Below, one piece after another: positions 8,508 through 17,777 of a stretch of 34,624 bases of DNA. The translations under genes were made by a program, and so were the position numbers. Numbering within the stretch: position 1 is the first letter of the stretch; every line of letters begins with the position of its first letter. The notes beneath the pieces are model-generated. The model ran no database searches. It worked only from the letters and a program-made list of their open reading frames with translations, and was not told the origin of the DNA. The stretch comes from Prosthecobacter sp. (GTDB lineage Bacteria; Verrucomicrobiota; Verrucomicrobiia; Verrucomicrobiales; Verrucomicrobiaceae), in contig JAOZVT010001021.1 in NCBI GenBank assembly GCA_025869455.1, positions 1 through 34,624 on the forward strand. Direction: 5' to 3'.

Positions 8508-9995
8508 TCAAGGCAGCTTCGGCTTGGAATCCTCCGCTGCACGCAGTCGTTTGACCTTGGATTTATACCCCGCAGAGAGATTCAACTGCGAACTCCTCAG
8601 ATGAAGTAACATTTCATCACGCATGTGTTGCAGGATCTCTCGCTTTTCTTCCTTATCTGCGAGGTTTTCCATCTCCAAGGGGTCCTCTTGAAGATCAAAT
8701 AAGAACTCTGCATCTTCTTCAGCCCACCATTTGTAGTGGGCATCGCGTGCCATCATTCGCAGCGGAGCTACGGTACCAATCTCGCTCACAGCTAAAGACC
8801 GCACATTCAGTACACTGCCGATAGCCACAGGTAATTGCGAAATCGCAAAACGTCCCGGCGACAACTCCCCGCCGATGGCTTCCACAATGGTGGGGTACAC
8901 ATCCATCATCTGCGCTAGCGCCTGCGTCCTTCCCGGCTTGATCTGCCCTGGCCAGCGCATCATGAGAGGCACCCGGGCCGACTCCTCATAAAATCGCCCT
9001 TTGGTCAGGTAGCCATGCGCTCCCATCATTTCACCATGATCGGCGGTAAAAATGACCAGCGTATTTTCCCAGGTCCCGCGCTCTTTGAGTGCCGCAACCA
9101 AGCGGCCAACACATTGATCGACCAAAGATATTTTGCCCAAGTAATTCGCCAGGAATTTGCGAGTTTCATCATGATTCAGAGCATGACCTTCCCGCAAATA
9201 AACTTCGGGCACATTGGCTGGCAGCGTTAGCTTGTCTGGATCATACATTGTCGCAAACTCTCCGGGAGCATCCAGTGGTGGATGCGGCGAATGAAAACTA
9301 GCGACTAGGCAAAAGGGTTTATCCTTCGGCTGCTTGTTCATAAAATCCGCAGCCATCTCGGCGACAAAAGTATCGTGATAATTCTCAGGCTTCACCACAC
9401 TCGCACGAGGTTCGAATTCCCAGTTGATGTAGCGATCATGAATGTCCTCAGAGACTGCTTTAAGCAGGCCTAACTGATTCAAATACTTACCGTAAGGGCT
9501 GTGATCTTTCGGAGAATCTGGTGGACCTGAAACATCCACCACATGATCTAGTCCCAGCGCTTCATAGTAATCCGCTAGCTTACTGAATTTCTCCTTCCAA
9601 GCGGTGCCTCCAGTCCAATGCAGCTTTCCTATCTGCGCGGTGGTATAACCAGCTTTTCGGATATCGCGGAACATCGGTGCAGACTCAGGCGGCACGTAAT
9701 ACTTGAGAACATTTCCCCAGACGGAATGACCTCCATTGTGCGGGTACAACCCTGTGAGCAGGGAGATGCGCGCAGGCATGCACACTGGGGAGGTGGTGTA
9801 GCAGGCATCAAAGATCATGCCCTCTTTGGCTATCTGATCCAAGTTGGGTGTTCGCACCTGTGGATTCTCCCAGCTCAAATAGCGCGGGCTCCATTGGTCC
9901 GTAAAGATGACCAGCACATCTGGCTTCGTTTCCGCCGCCTGAATATTGGCAGCAGCAACAAAGATCAGCAGTAGCAGATTCAGTCTAAACGACAT
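8508..9995 (-). CDS. Formylglycine-dependent sulfatase (choline-sulfatase-like), exported
   Basis: Signal peptide; KPDVLVIFTDQ, CMPARISLLTG (CxPxR), GYTTAQIGKLH, SPHPP, FTADHGEM.G.HG..KG..YEES.RVPL. Confidence 0.93.
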   Translation of the reverse strand: MSFRLNLLLLIFVAAANIQAAETKPDVLVIFTDQWSPRYLSWENPQVRTPNLDQIAKEGMIFDACYTTSPVCMPARISLLTGLYPHNGGHSVWGNVLKYYVPPESAPMFRDIRKAGYTTAQIGKLHWTGGTAWKEKFSKLADYYEALGLDHVVDVSGPPDSPKDHSPYGKYLNQLGLLKAVSEDIHDRYINWEFEPRASVVKPENYHDTFVAEMAADFMNKQPKDKPFCLVASFHSPHPPLDAPGEFATMYDPDKLTLPANVPEVYLREGHALNHDETRKFLANYLGKISLVDQCVGRLVAALKERGTWENTLVIFTADHGEMMGAHGYLTKGRFYEESARVPLMMRWPGQIKPGRTQALAQMMDVYPTIVEAIGGELSPGRFAISQLPVAIGSVLNVRSLAVSEIGTVAPLRMMARDAHYKWWAEEDAEFLFDLQEDPLEMENLADKEEKREILQHMRDEMLLHLRSSQLNLSAGYKSKVKRLRAAEDSKPKLP

Positions 9996-12900
9996 CAGTG
10001 ATTGAAAAGGAAAGCGGGGCTATTGATCAAAGCCCAAGCGAGATCTTGAGCCGCCGTGAGACGTTTATCGCCTAGCTGCTGAGTGCTCAGCGCTGAATCA
10101 CGACGAAGCTGAACAAGCTTCGGATCAAGGGTGATCGGAGTCTGTGAGTCTGCATGTTTGGCTTCCAGGGCAACCACTTGTGGGTCCACTGGCAGGGGTT
10201 TCCTCGCTGTCACCAAGGCCTTTTTGGTCGCCTGGTAATCCTTCGACTGAGCCGTATAGAAATCTGCCAGAGCCGCTTTTTGTTCCTTGCTGCGCTTGGC
10301 TTCAGGAACTCGAATAGCCTCAGCCACGGCTTTTGGAGCACCGAAACGAACCAGGGGACTGCTCGTCACCCAAAGACGGAAACGTCCCAGATTATACTTC
10401 CCGTTTTGGAACGGTTGGCTCAATTGAACCACCAATTGAGCACCGCCTTTGAAAGCAAGTGGTTTGGCAAATTCAAAGGTCGCCTCATGGCGGAAGCCTC
10501 CTTCGGGGGAGACAGCCCAGCCTTTGTCACGATTCCCCTTTTTCAAGGCTTCAGTAACCTCAAAGCTCTTTTGTTCGAAGTCCGCCTTGGGATTCTGAAT
10601 CGTCTGAGGAGCACCGCCCTTGACCCGCTTACCGCCTGCTGCGGTCAGCGGAGTGGCATTCACAATGAATTCGCTCAGCACAAAGTTACCATCGGGGGCC
10701 AAGCCGGGTCCATTGTTAGGCAAACGATCATCAGGAAGGACTTCCAGCTTGATGGCTGTGATGTTTTCCAACGTGGTTTTACCATTCAAAAGGTAATTCC
10801 CAGGGGTGGTTCGGCCCTCAGGCAACGCGGTGGCAAAGAGTGAACCATCTGGCTGCACCTCCAATTTTTCTACACCACCCGCACGAGAAACCAGCACATC
10901 CAAAGGCACCCACTCCGTGCTCACATCCACGTACTGTTCCCAGCGTGGTTGTTGCATCGGGATGGTTTCGGCTGATTTTTTTACGACCTCTTCTGCTTTC
11001 TGAATAGCTGCAAGACGAGCATCTTCCTTCTTCTTCACTTCTGGGGCCATCTTGGCGTTGTAAGCCTCGAGTTCCGCCTTGGTACTAGCAATCAATGCCA
11101 GACGTTCGGCCTCTGCCTTTTCAATGAAGGGCTTTTGCTCGGCTTCTTTAGCCTGCCATTCGGCGGCTAACTTTTTGTTCTCCACATCCATGCTGGCCAT
11201 ACTGGCGAGCGCGGCATTGATCTCTTTGCCAGTTGGCTTGCGATTGATGACGCGCATGAAGATTTCCTCCACCAGTTTAGAGTCGTCTTTGACGTCATGA
11301 GTGAGTTTGGCGATGGCATTATTTGGATCGCTAATGGCATCTCCCACCGTCGGGCCGGACATCAGCGCCATCACAGGGCCAAGGTTCACCTCATTGCTGC
11401 GTTCGCATTCGCACACGCTTTCACGCGCAGGTTTTCCAAAATTGGTTAGGAATCCGTCAGGCAGTTGAGTTTGGCCATCTATGAGCTGAGCCGCACGAGT
11501 ACCTTTGGGCACGCCAGGGATGTTTGGCATGGAACCCGTCACGGCAAACACTGAATCAAAAAGCACTTCCGCGGGCAGGCGGCGGGCTTTGGCATGACTG
11601 TAATTCACCTTGTCATCTTCGTTCCACTTGTTGGTGGCCAAACTGAGCTGATAGCTGCGGCTCTGGGTGATAATCTTCATCAAGTGACGCACGTTAAATC
11701 CGCTCTGAATGAATTCGTTCGTCAGGTATTGGAGAAGCTCAGGATTGCTGGGTGGATTGCCCGCGCGGATGTCATCCAAAGGCTCAATCACACCCGTGCC
11801 GGTGAGGTAGCCCCAGATTCGGTTGGCATAACTCATGGCAAAGTAATCATTGTCAGGGCTGGTCATCCAGGTGGCAAATTGCTCGCGACGGCTTGTGGCG
11901 GTCTTACTGACCAATTCAGGTTCAAAAGGCACCTTGGGAGCCACTGGCGCATTCGTGCGCAGGTGATTCATTTCACCCACAGTCTTGTCTGAAACGATTT
12001 CATACAAAGGCTTGGCTCCTTCCACCGCAGTGCCACCGATGGTTTTCCCTGCACTGGCGGGGTCCGTTTTCAGGTCCACCTGGGCAAAGAACGCTGCCGT
12101 TTGGTAATACTGATCCCAGGTCCATTTCTCGAAGGGATGGTCATGGCATTTGTTACAGTTGAAACGAGTGGCCAAAAAGAGATGCGTGGTATTTTCCACC
12201 AGTTCTTCAGGCGTCCTCACCGTCTTGTAGTAAGCCGCCGCAGGATTGTCTTTGGTCGAACCTGTCGCGGTGATGATGCGGTAGGCCATGCGGTCATAGG
12301 GCGTGTTGTCTGCAACCTGTTGTTTGATCCAATCCCGCAGGATCTTCACCCCTTCGGTTCCCAGGAACTTGCTATTCACCTGCAACATGTCCGCCCATTT
12401 GTTAGACCAATGATCCACAAAATCAGGGTTACCGATGAGTTTATCAATCACCTCATTCCGCTTGGTACGAGTATCCCGTGCATCCGCCAAAAAGGCACGC
12501 ACATCCTCAGGCGTCGGCGGTAGGCCCGTGAGGTCAATGTGAAGGCGACGCAGGAAGTCCTCATCACTGCACAGATCACTTGGCTCGATCTTCATGCGCT
12601 GCCATTTTTTAGCGACTAGCTCGTCAATCTTTGTCCACTTCTCAGGCTCCTGCCAAGCAAAGCCTGTGCGGTCACCCATCACCGTAATGGTGGTGGCCGC
12701 ATAGGAACCTTCAAAGCGGGCCAAGATGGCGGACTCACCACGACGCAGACTGGTCATCAAGCCTGAATGGTCGGCTTCAATCACGTCTCCATTGCCGCTG
12801 TCCATGAAGGCTTCCGCCGTCACATCGCGGACATAACCATCTGCATACCGAGCAATCACGCGCATCTGCTGGCGATTGCCAATGCGTTCCAAAACGGGGT

Positions 12901-15112
12901 TCTTGGGGAAGAGTTCGATGCTGGTCACACGTGGAGTCTTCATGTCCAGCTTGGCTCCCTGACTGATCCAGGCTTTCAGCGTCTCATAGTACAACTCCCC
13001 AGGCACGGTGAGCTGGCCCCCTTCATGAGGAACCGAACCACTAGCTTTCAGAAGCATCAATGAATGATCAGGAGAAGCCACATTGGCGCGGCGACTGGCC
13101 AGTTCATCCGTGAAGGCTAGCACATCGTATATGGGATCATAACCACGCAGACTGAGTTTGAAGCCGGCTTTGCCATCTTTGGCACCGTGGCAAGTGCCCA
13201 TGTTACAACCCAGCTTGGAAGTAATCGGCATGATGTCCCGGACGTAGTCAGGTTTCAGCGCCAGATTCATGCCCGTCACCTTGACAGGAACGGTCGTCCC
13301 CTTCCCCATGAAAGCGATCTTCACTTCCCCCTGACCATCTTTGGTCGGGCGGACTAATCCTCGTGTATTCACACTGGCTGCTGTGCTGCCTTTGAATTCT
13401 AATTTAGCCATGCGGGTGATGTCCGCCTTGGAACCGTCACTCATCGTCGCCGTCACCAAAAGCTGCGCGTATTCCGTGGGTTTACCAATGCTGACATTGG
13501 TGGGTTGCACCTCGATGCTTGCCACGCTGAGACCAGGGACCAGAGTCTCCACTTTATCGTCTTTTTTCGCCGTGGCCCGCACGCTGTCATCAGCAATCAC
13601 ATCGCTGGCAGCCAAGGCTTTGTCTTCCGCCAAAGGCACACTAACAAACTCTTTGGCAATTTTCCCTGTGGTGACTTCAATCAATTTGATGCGGCCATCC
13701 TGGCCCGCCGCAGCCACAGTTTGGCCATCGGGGCTGAAGCTCACGCTGTAAATGCCACCCGTAGGAATGCGCACACTGGAGATAAGCTTCACATCCTTCA
13801 CGATCCAGTCATCCAAGGCCTTGCCCGTTCCACTGCGCGTTTCCACAATGGTCTTCACCTCCGCAGGCATGGTGCTGTCATAGTCCGAAGCATAAATATT
13901 CACCTGACCACTGCCCTCATGAGAGGCCCCAGCGGCGATGCGTTTGCCATCGGGCGCAAAAGCCACCCCAAAAATGCGGCCTTCCATGGTGGGGAACTTG
14001 CGGATGAGGTTAGCGTTGTCACCAATGACCCGCTTGGTGATGCGTTCCATGCGATAGATCGCAGGCATGCCATCGGTTCCGCCGATGAGGATTTCATCAC
14101 GTAAAGGATGCCGAACCAGCGTCTGAACGCCGCCTTTCAGCGCACCGGGAGTGATGGAGGTGATGTTATCAATGAAGCGCTGCGTTTCCACTTCGGTGAG
14201 TTTCACACTCATGTCACGCCCGCAGGAGGCGATGTGTTTGCCATCCGTGCTCCAAACGGTGTCCAGTACCCAATCACTGTGTCCGCCCATGAACAGCGTC
14301 TCTTTGCCTGTGGCTGCATCAAAAGCACGCAAGCCATTGTCTGCACAACCCACCGCGATGAATTTGCCATCGGGCGACCAACTGGCCCCGTAAAGGGTGT
14401 CATAGGTGAGTGACTTGGACAGTTCCAGCTTCTTTTTAGCCACATCCCAGATCTGAATTTCCCCCTCACGCGCAGGGCTGCCACCCGTAACGAGAATCTT
14501 CTTACCGTCAGGGGACCAAGCCAGCTTTTGAATCCGCTCCGCCAATCCGACGAGGCGAGCCACCAGGCCTGTGCCATCTGCTTTGTGAACCAAAACCTCA
14601 TGGTACCCTGCCACAGCAATCTGGCTGCCATCGGGCGAATAAGCCAGGGAAGTGACTGCGGGTGCCGTCACATAGACAGGAGGATGCGCCATGTCATACT
14701 GTGCCATGGCGGAAGCTGGAGTGTCATCTTGTGCCCCTTCGCTGACCCAACGTTTGATCAATGCCAGTTGAGTCTCATGCAGAGGATCTCCCTTCGGAGG
14801 CATCTCCACTTTTCCTTCTGCATCAGGAGAGGCGACTTTGAGCAAATTGGACTCTTCAGGCTTACCGGGGACGATGGCATGGCCTTCCTCGCCACCCGTC
14901 AGCAGCCTAGCAAACTCCGTCATCACGTAGTCGCCCTTGGCTTTGGCGGGCTGATGGCAACCGGTACAATTGGCCTGGAGGATGGGGCGAATGTGCTTGT
15001 AAAAAGAGACTGGCTTATTCGGGTCAATGCCCTCCTCCTTCTTAGGCGGTGCCGCATGAATGGCCAACGCCAGGAATGAAAGGCTGGTGAGCGTGAGAAT
15101 CTTCGTCTTCAT
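9995..15112 (-). CDS. Large exported PVC-type protein: planctomycete cytochrome c + WD40 + Big_2 + DUF1549 (PSCyt2) + DUF1553 (PSD1)
   Basis: Signal peptide; VSFYKHIRPILQANCTGCH; WD repeats (AYSPDG, AWSPDG, SWSPDG, GHSDWV); GCNMGTCHG; FLRRLHIDLTGLPPT; FNCNKCHDHPFEKWT; NPPSNPELL; ARRLPAEVLFD; CECERS; DLAWALINSPAFLFNH. Confidence 0.92.
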   Translation of the reverse strand: MKTKILTLTSLSFLALAIHAAPPKKEEGIDPNKPVSFYKHIRPILQANCTGCHQPAKAKGDYVMTEFARLLTGGEEGHAIVPGKPEESNLLKVASPDAEGKVEMPPKGDPLHETQLALIKRWVSEGAQDDTPASAMAQYDMAHPPVYVTAPAVTSLAYSPDGSQIAVAGYHEVLVHKADGTGLVARLVGLAERIQKLAWSPDGKKILVTGGSPAREGEIQIWDVAKKKLELSKSLTYDTLYGASWSPDGKFIAVGCADNGLRAFDAATGKETLFMGGHSDWVLDTVWSTDGKHIASCGRDMSVKLTEVETQRFIDNITSITPGALKGGVQTLVRHPLRDEILIGGTDGMPAIYRMERITKRVIGDNANLIRKFPTMEGRIFGVAFAPDGKRIAAGASHEGSGQVNIYASDYDSTMPAEVKTIVETRSGTGKALDDWIVKDVKLISSVRIPTGGIYSVSFSPDGQTVAAAGQDGRIKLIEVTTGKIAKEFVSVPLAEDKALAASDVIADDSVRATAKKDDKVETLVPGLSVASIEVQPTNVSIGKPTEYAQLLVTATMSDGSKADITRMAKLEFKGSTAASVNTRGLVRPTKDGQGEVKIAFMGKGTTVPVKVTGMNLALKPDYVRDIMPITSKLGCNMGTCHGAKDGKAGFKLSLRGYDPIYDVLAFTDELASRRANVASPDHSLMLLKASGSVPHEGGQLTVPGELYYETLKAWISQGAKLDMKTPRVTSIELFPKNPVLERIGNRQQMRVIARYADGYVRDVTAEAFMDSGNGDVIEADHSGLMTSLRRGESAILARFEGSYAATTITVMGDRTGFAWQEPEKWTKIDELVAKKWQRMKIEPSDLCSDEDFLRRLHIDLTGLPPTPEDVRAFLADARDTRTKRNEVIDKLIGNPDFVDHWSNKWADMLQVNSKFLGTEGVKILRDWIKQQVADNTPYDRMAYRIITATGSTKDNPAAAYYKTVRTPEELVENTTHLFLATRFNCNKCHDHPFEKWTWDQYYQTAAFFAQVDLKTDPASAGKTIGGTAVEGAKPLYEIVSDKTVGEMNHLRTNAPVAPKVPFEPELVSKTATSRREQFATWMTSPDNDYFAMSYANRIWGYLTGTGVIEPLDDIRAGNPPSNPELLQYLTNEFIQSGFNVRHLMKIITQSRSYQLSLATNKWNEDDKVNYSHAKARRLPAEVLFDSVFAVTGSMPNIPGVPKGTRAAQLIDGQTQLPDGFLTNFGKPARESVCECERSNEVNLGPVMALMSGPTVGDAISDPNNAIAKLTHDVKDDSKLVEEIFMRVINRKPTGKEINAALASMASMDVENKKLAAEWQAKEAEQKPFIEKAEAERLALIASTKAELEAYNAKMAPEVKKKEDARLAAIQKAEEVVKKSAETIPMQQPRWEQYVDVSTEWVPLDVLVSRAGGVEKLEVQPDGSLFATALPEGRTTPGNYLLNGKTTLENITAIKLEVLPDDRLPNNGPGLAPDGNFVLSEFIVNATPLTAAGGKRVKGGAPQTIQNPKADFEQKSFEVTEALKKGNRDKGWAVSPEGGFRHEATFEFAKPLAFKGGAQLVVQLSQPFQNGKYNLGRFRLWVTSSPLVRFGAPKAVAEAIRVPEAKRSKEQKAALADFYTAQSKDYQATKKALVTARKPLPVDPQVVALEAKHADSQTPITLDPKLVQLRRDSALSTQQLGDKRLTAAQDLAWALINSPAFLFNH

Positions 15113-15245
15113 GGGTGGTCGAACGGGGGTCTAACAACGGTAACACGCCAAAACGCCTCACTTAATAGGTCTCTTGCTTTCACAGGGGCATTCCAGCGGG
15201 ATCGTCCATGCCTCCGCAGGGAAGAGCCAGGGGAGGTCATGAGGA

Positions 15246-15396
15246 ATGGGGATGAAATCGTATTTTCCCCCATGATGCCCACAAAAAGCAACAACAGGCT
15301 GATAATCAACACCTTGAGATGGGGATTTAGACTCCCCATGATATCCCCATGATATCCCCATGGACTCCCCATTTCCCCAAGTTATAAGCTGATAAT
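15246..15396. repeat. Cluster of TCCCCAT/ATGGGGA motifs with 11-bp phasing, bracketed by two GCTGATAAT copies
   Basis: TCCCCAT at 15333, 15344, 15355, 15366; TCCCCAA at 15374; inverted ATGGGGA at 15246 and 15319; GCTGATAAT at 15298 and 15388. Confidence 0.8.
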
Positions 15397-15642
15397 GAGT
15401 CGGATGAAAAGGACAATGGCCAGTACACATGTTAGCTTCCAAGACATGGCAGAAAGATGCAAGGAGGCATCCAGGGACCTGGGCTAAGTCGGGTTTTATA
15501 CCGGTTTCCAATAAGCGGCAGCGATGCGACGAAGCGGATGTCTGCTTTTTCGGATTCTATCAAAGGCAAGGTGAATGAAAATCCACCCAGATTTGCCACA
15601 AGAGTTGCAGTCCCGGTTTGTCCTGTCAGGGTGAACCTTCCC

Positions 15643-17118
15643 ATGCCAGCCGACCAACTCAGCCAGCGCCTGTTTGCCAGTGTCTCAGCGGACTTTTTTC
15701 GTCCGTTGGTACGCCCATCGGCCCCTGTTTACGTGGATGGGGCGGATCGACTGATCAAGGAAGCGGGTGAATCAGGCCGCCTTCCTCAGTCGGATGCCCT
15801 GGCCATCCTGCGGGAGGTTCTTTCTCAAAATCCCCAGATAGCCCTGCAAGAGGATGAAGGTGGCGGTCTGCAAGATGTGCGGGCACGGGCAGGTAAGCTG
15901 TTCAATCAGATGCTGCAAGTGCGCTGGATCGAAGACCAGGCGGTCAGTCTGAATGAGCGCTGGGTGGTCATCTCCCCTTCCCTGCGGCCCCTGATGCGGA
16001 CGCTGCATGATCTGGCTGAAACGGAAGTCGCGGAGCTGAAAAGCTTTGCTGATACTCTGCGCGGCGTCTGCACCACCCTGGAGCAACGTGACTCGCTAAA
16101 TCCTCATGCCGTTTCTTCCCACGATATGCGTGGGACTGTGCATGATCTCCTCCAGCGCATGGAGCACGCTATCCTCCAGCTTCACGGTGTGGAAAAGCTG
16201 ATCCACAGCTACGAGCGCCGCCAGAGAGAAACCCAATCGGGAGCGGAAACGCTGCGGCTCTTTTACCATGAGTTCCATGAAGGCCAGCACATGGTCTGCT
16301 ATGATGTGCTGCGCAGTGGCGGTCTGCTTCCACGACTGCAAAGAGCCCGCGCTCGGGTGCGGGATGCGGCAGAAAACATGTTGATCATTCAACACTTGGC
16401 TGACGGCATCGCCGAATACCGAAATTTGGAGCAACCTGAAGCTTGGGAACTAGCTGCGGCTCAACTTCAGCGCCTGGAACGTCAACTCTCAGGGCTGCGT
16501 TTGCGAGCAGAAGCGATTGATGCCCGCGTGGCCTCTTTCAATCGCCTCTCTGTTCAGCGCTACCGCTATCAGTCTGAGCTACGCGGTCGCCGCCCGGACA
16601 TGATCAAAAACTACTGCGATGCCATTAATGCGGCTCATCGCGGTTCCAAATTCAATGAACTGCGCATCGAGCCGGACTTCACGCTCGCCACACCGGAAGT
16701 GGATTTCTTTTATGGGATCGCCTCCCTGGCACGCCCGCGTCGCTCACGCTCCCCCGTGGCTCTGGAGTTGGGTGAAAGTCTCTCCGCCGAAGACGAAGCC
16801 GCTGATTTGGAGCGTCTGCGTCAGCGCCAAAAATTTGCCCTCACGCCCCACCGCGCAGCGCGACTGGTCGCCCGTCTGCTGAAGGAACATGGCCCAGGCA
16901 TCGCCACCGATGGCTTCTCCATGGAGACCGCCGATGAGCTTCTGGATCTGATGGCCGCCGCTGCTTACAACCATGGTGTGGATGCGACCAGCGGTGAAGA
17001 GCAGCGCTGGCAGATCATCAGCAGCAGCCGTGAAAACGGCCTAGAACCCAATAACATTCCCCGTGACGCCCAGGCTGGCTGGCGCGTCGAACGTTTTGCC
17101 TTTGCCCGCCCCTCATGA
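15643..17118 (+). CDS. jetA: Wadjet JetA/MksF-like kleisin (DUF5716-like)
   Basis: N-terminal LF..V..DFFRPL..PSAPVYVD..DRL pattern, helical body, first gene of a jetA-B-C ordered operon; ATGA overlap with the next gene. Start at ATG 15643 (MPADQL). Confidence 0.75.
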   Translation: MPADQLSQRLFASVSADFFRPLVRPSAPVYVDGADRLIKEAGESGRLPQSDALAILREVLSQNPQIALQEDEGGGLQDVRARAGKLFNQMLQVRWIEDQAVSLNERWVVISPSLRPLMRTLHDLAETEVAELKSFADTLRGVCTTLEQRDSLNPHAVSSHDMRGTVHDLLQRMEHAILQLHGVEKLIHSYERRQRETQSGAETLRLFYHEFHEGQHMVCYDVLRSGGLLPRLQRARARVRDAAENMLIIQHLADGIAEYRNLEQPEAWELAAAQLQRLERQLSGLRLRAEAIDARVASFNRLSVQRYRYQSELRGRRPDMIKNYCDAINAAHRGSKFNELRIEPDFTLATPEVDFFYGIASLARPRRSRSPVALELGESLSAEDEAADLERLRQRQKFALTPHRAARLVARLLKEHGPGIATDGFSMETADELLDLMAAAAYNHGVDATSGEEQRWQIISSSRENGLEPNNIPRDAQAGWRVERFAFARPS

Positions 17119-17750
17119 GTTCTCTTCCCTGGCCATCCTTCTGGGCCGACGTGCCCGAACGCGACCGCTCCCCGCTCCGCGATGTTCTTGCCGACCTCCT
17201 CCGCCACGGTGTAATCCTTGGAGATGAAGGCAGTGGTCGCGATGCTTACCTATTCGTCCGTGATCAATACCCAGATCATGTGCGTGACTACCTTTCCCCG
17301 CTAGGCTTGGAATTGATCATTGATCATGAGCCACCGCTGATTCAGGCACGGCCCGTGCCGGAAGAATGCCAACTGCTGGCTACCTTCACCAAGGATGAAA
17401 CCCTGCTCGTGCTAGCCCTATGGCGCATCTACGATGAGTCACGCGCGGAACAAGCCGCAGAGGCCGTCATCGTCAGCGCCAATGATCTTTGGGTGAAATG
17501 GCGTGTGTTCTTTGAGCACATTGAGCCGCCAGGCATCACGGCTCTGGAAGAACTGCTGACACGGCTACGCCGCAAAAAGCTGATTCGTTTCCAGCGCAGT
17601 GACGACAGTGCACGTCCAGGTGAGGCCATGATCGAAGTACTGCCTAGCCTGCCACGCTGCATCCCTTTCGACAGCATCGAAGCCTGGCTGGAGCGTGCCA
17701 AGCTCTATGAGCCAGAGCAGACCGATGCCACGATCACCCTCGAAGAGTAA
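17115..17750 (+). CDS. jetB: Wadjet JetB/MksE-like KITE subunit (DUF4194-like)
   Basis: LADLLRHGVILGDE....AY.F......VRDYL..LGLEL..D and F.KDETLLVLALWRIYDE tandem winged-helix pattern; 211 aa between kleisin and SMC ATPase. Confidence 0.8.
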   Translation: MSSLPWPSFWADVPERDRSPLRDVLADLLRHGVILGDEGSGRDAYLFVRDQYPDHVRDYLSPLGLELIIDHEPPLIQARPVPEECQLLATFTKDETLLVLALWRIYDESRAEQAAEAVIVSANDLWVKWRVFFEHIEPPGITALEELLTRLRRKKLIRFQRSDDSARPGEAMIEVLPSLPRCIPFDSIEAWLERAKLYEPEQTDATITLEE

Positions 17751-17777
17751 CCCCTTTCCGTTTCCCGACTACCTCTC

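Noticed and set aside
10154-15079. Many 65-229-aa plus-strand ORFs
   Set aside because: All lie antisense within the 1705-aa gene; typical shadow ORFs of a GC-biased coding strand.
15333-15380. Repeat array as a CRISPR array
   Set aside because: 7-bp unit with 4-bp gaps, no spacers of CRISPR size and no cas genes.
15457-15642. 62-aa N-terminal extension of JetA in the ORF track
   Set aside because: The family-like sequence begins at MPADQL (15643); the upstream part looks like promoter DNA.
15109-15644. Short minus-strand ORFs (87, 117, 70 aa) as a possible jetD remnant or regulator
   Set aside because: Wrong strand relative to jetABC, no TOPRIM or HTH motifs, and the repeated WGYHG peptides are just translations of the TCCCCAT repeats.
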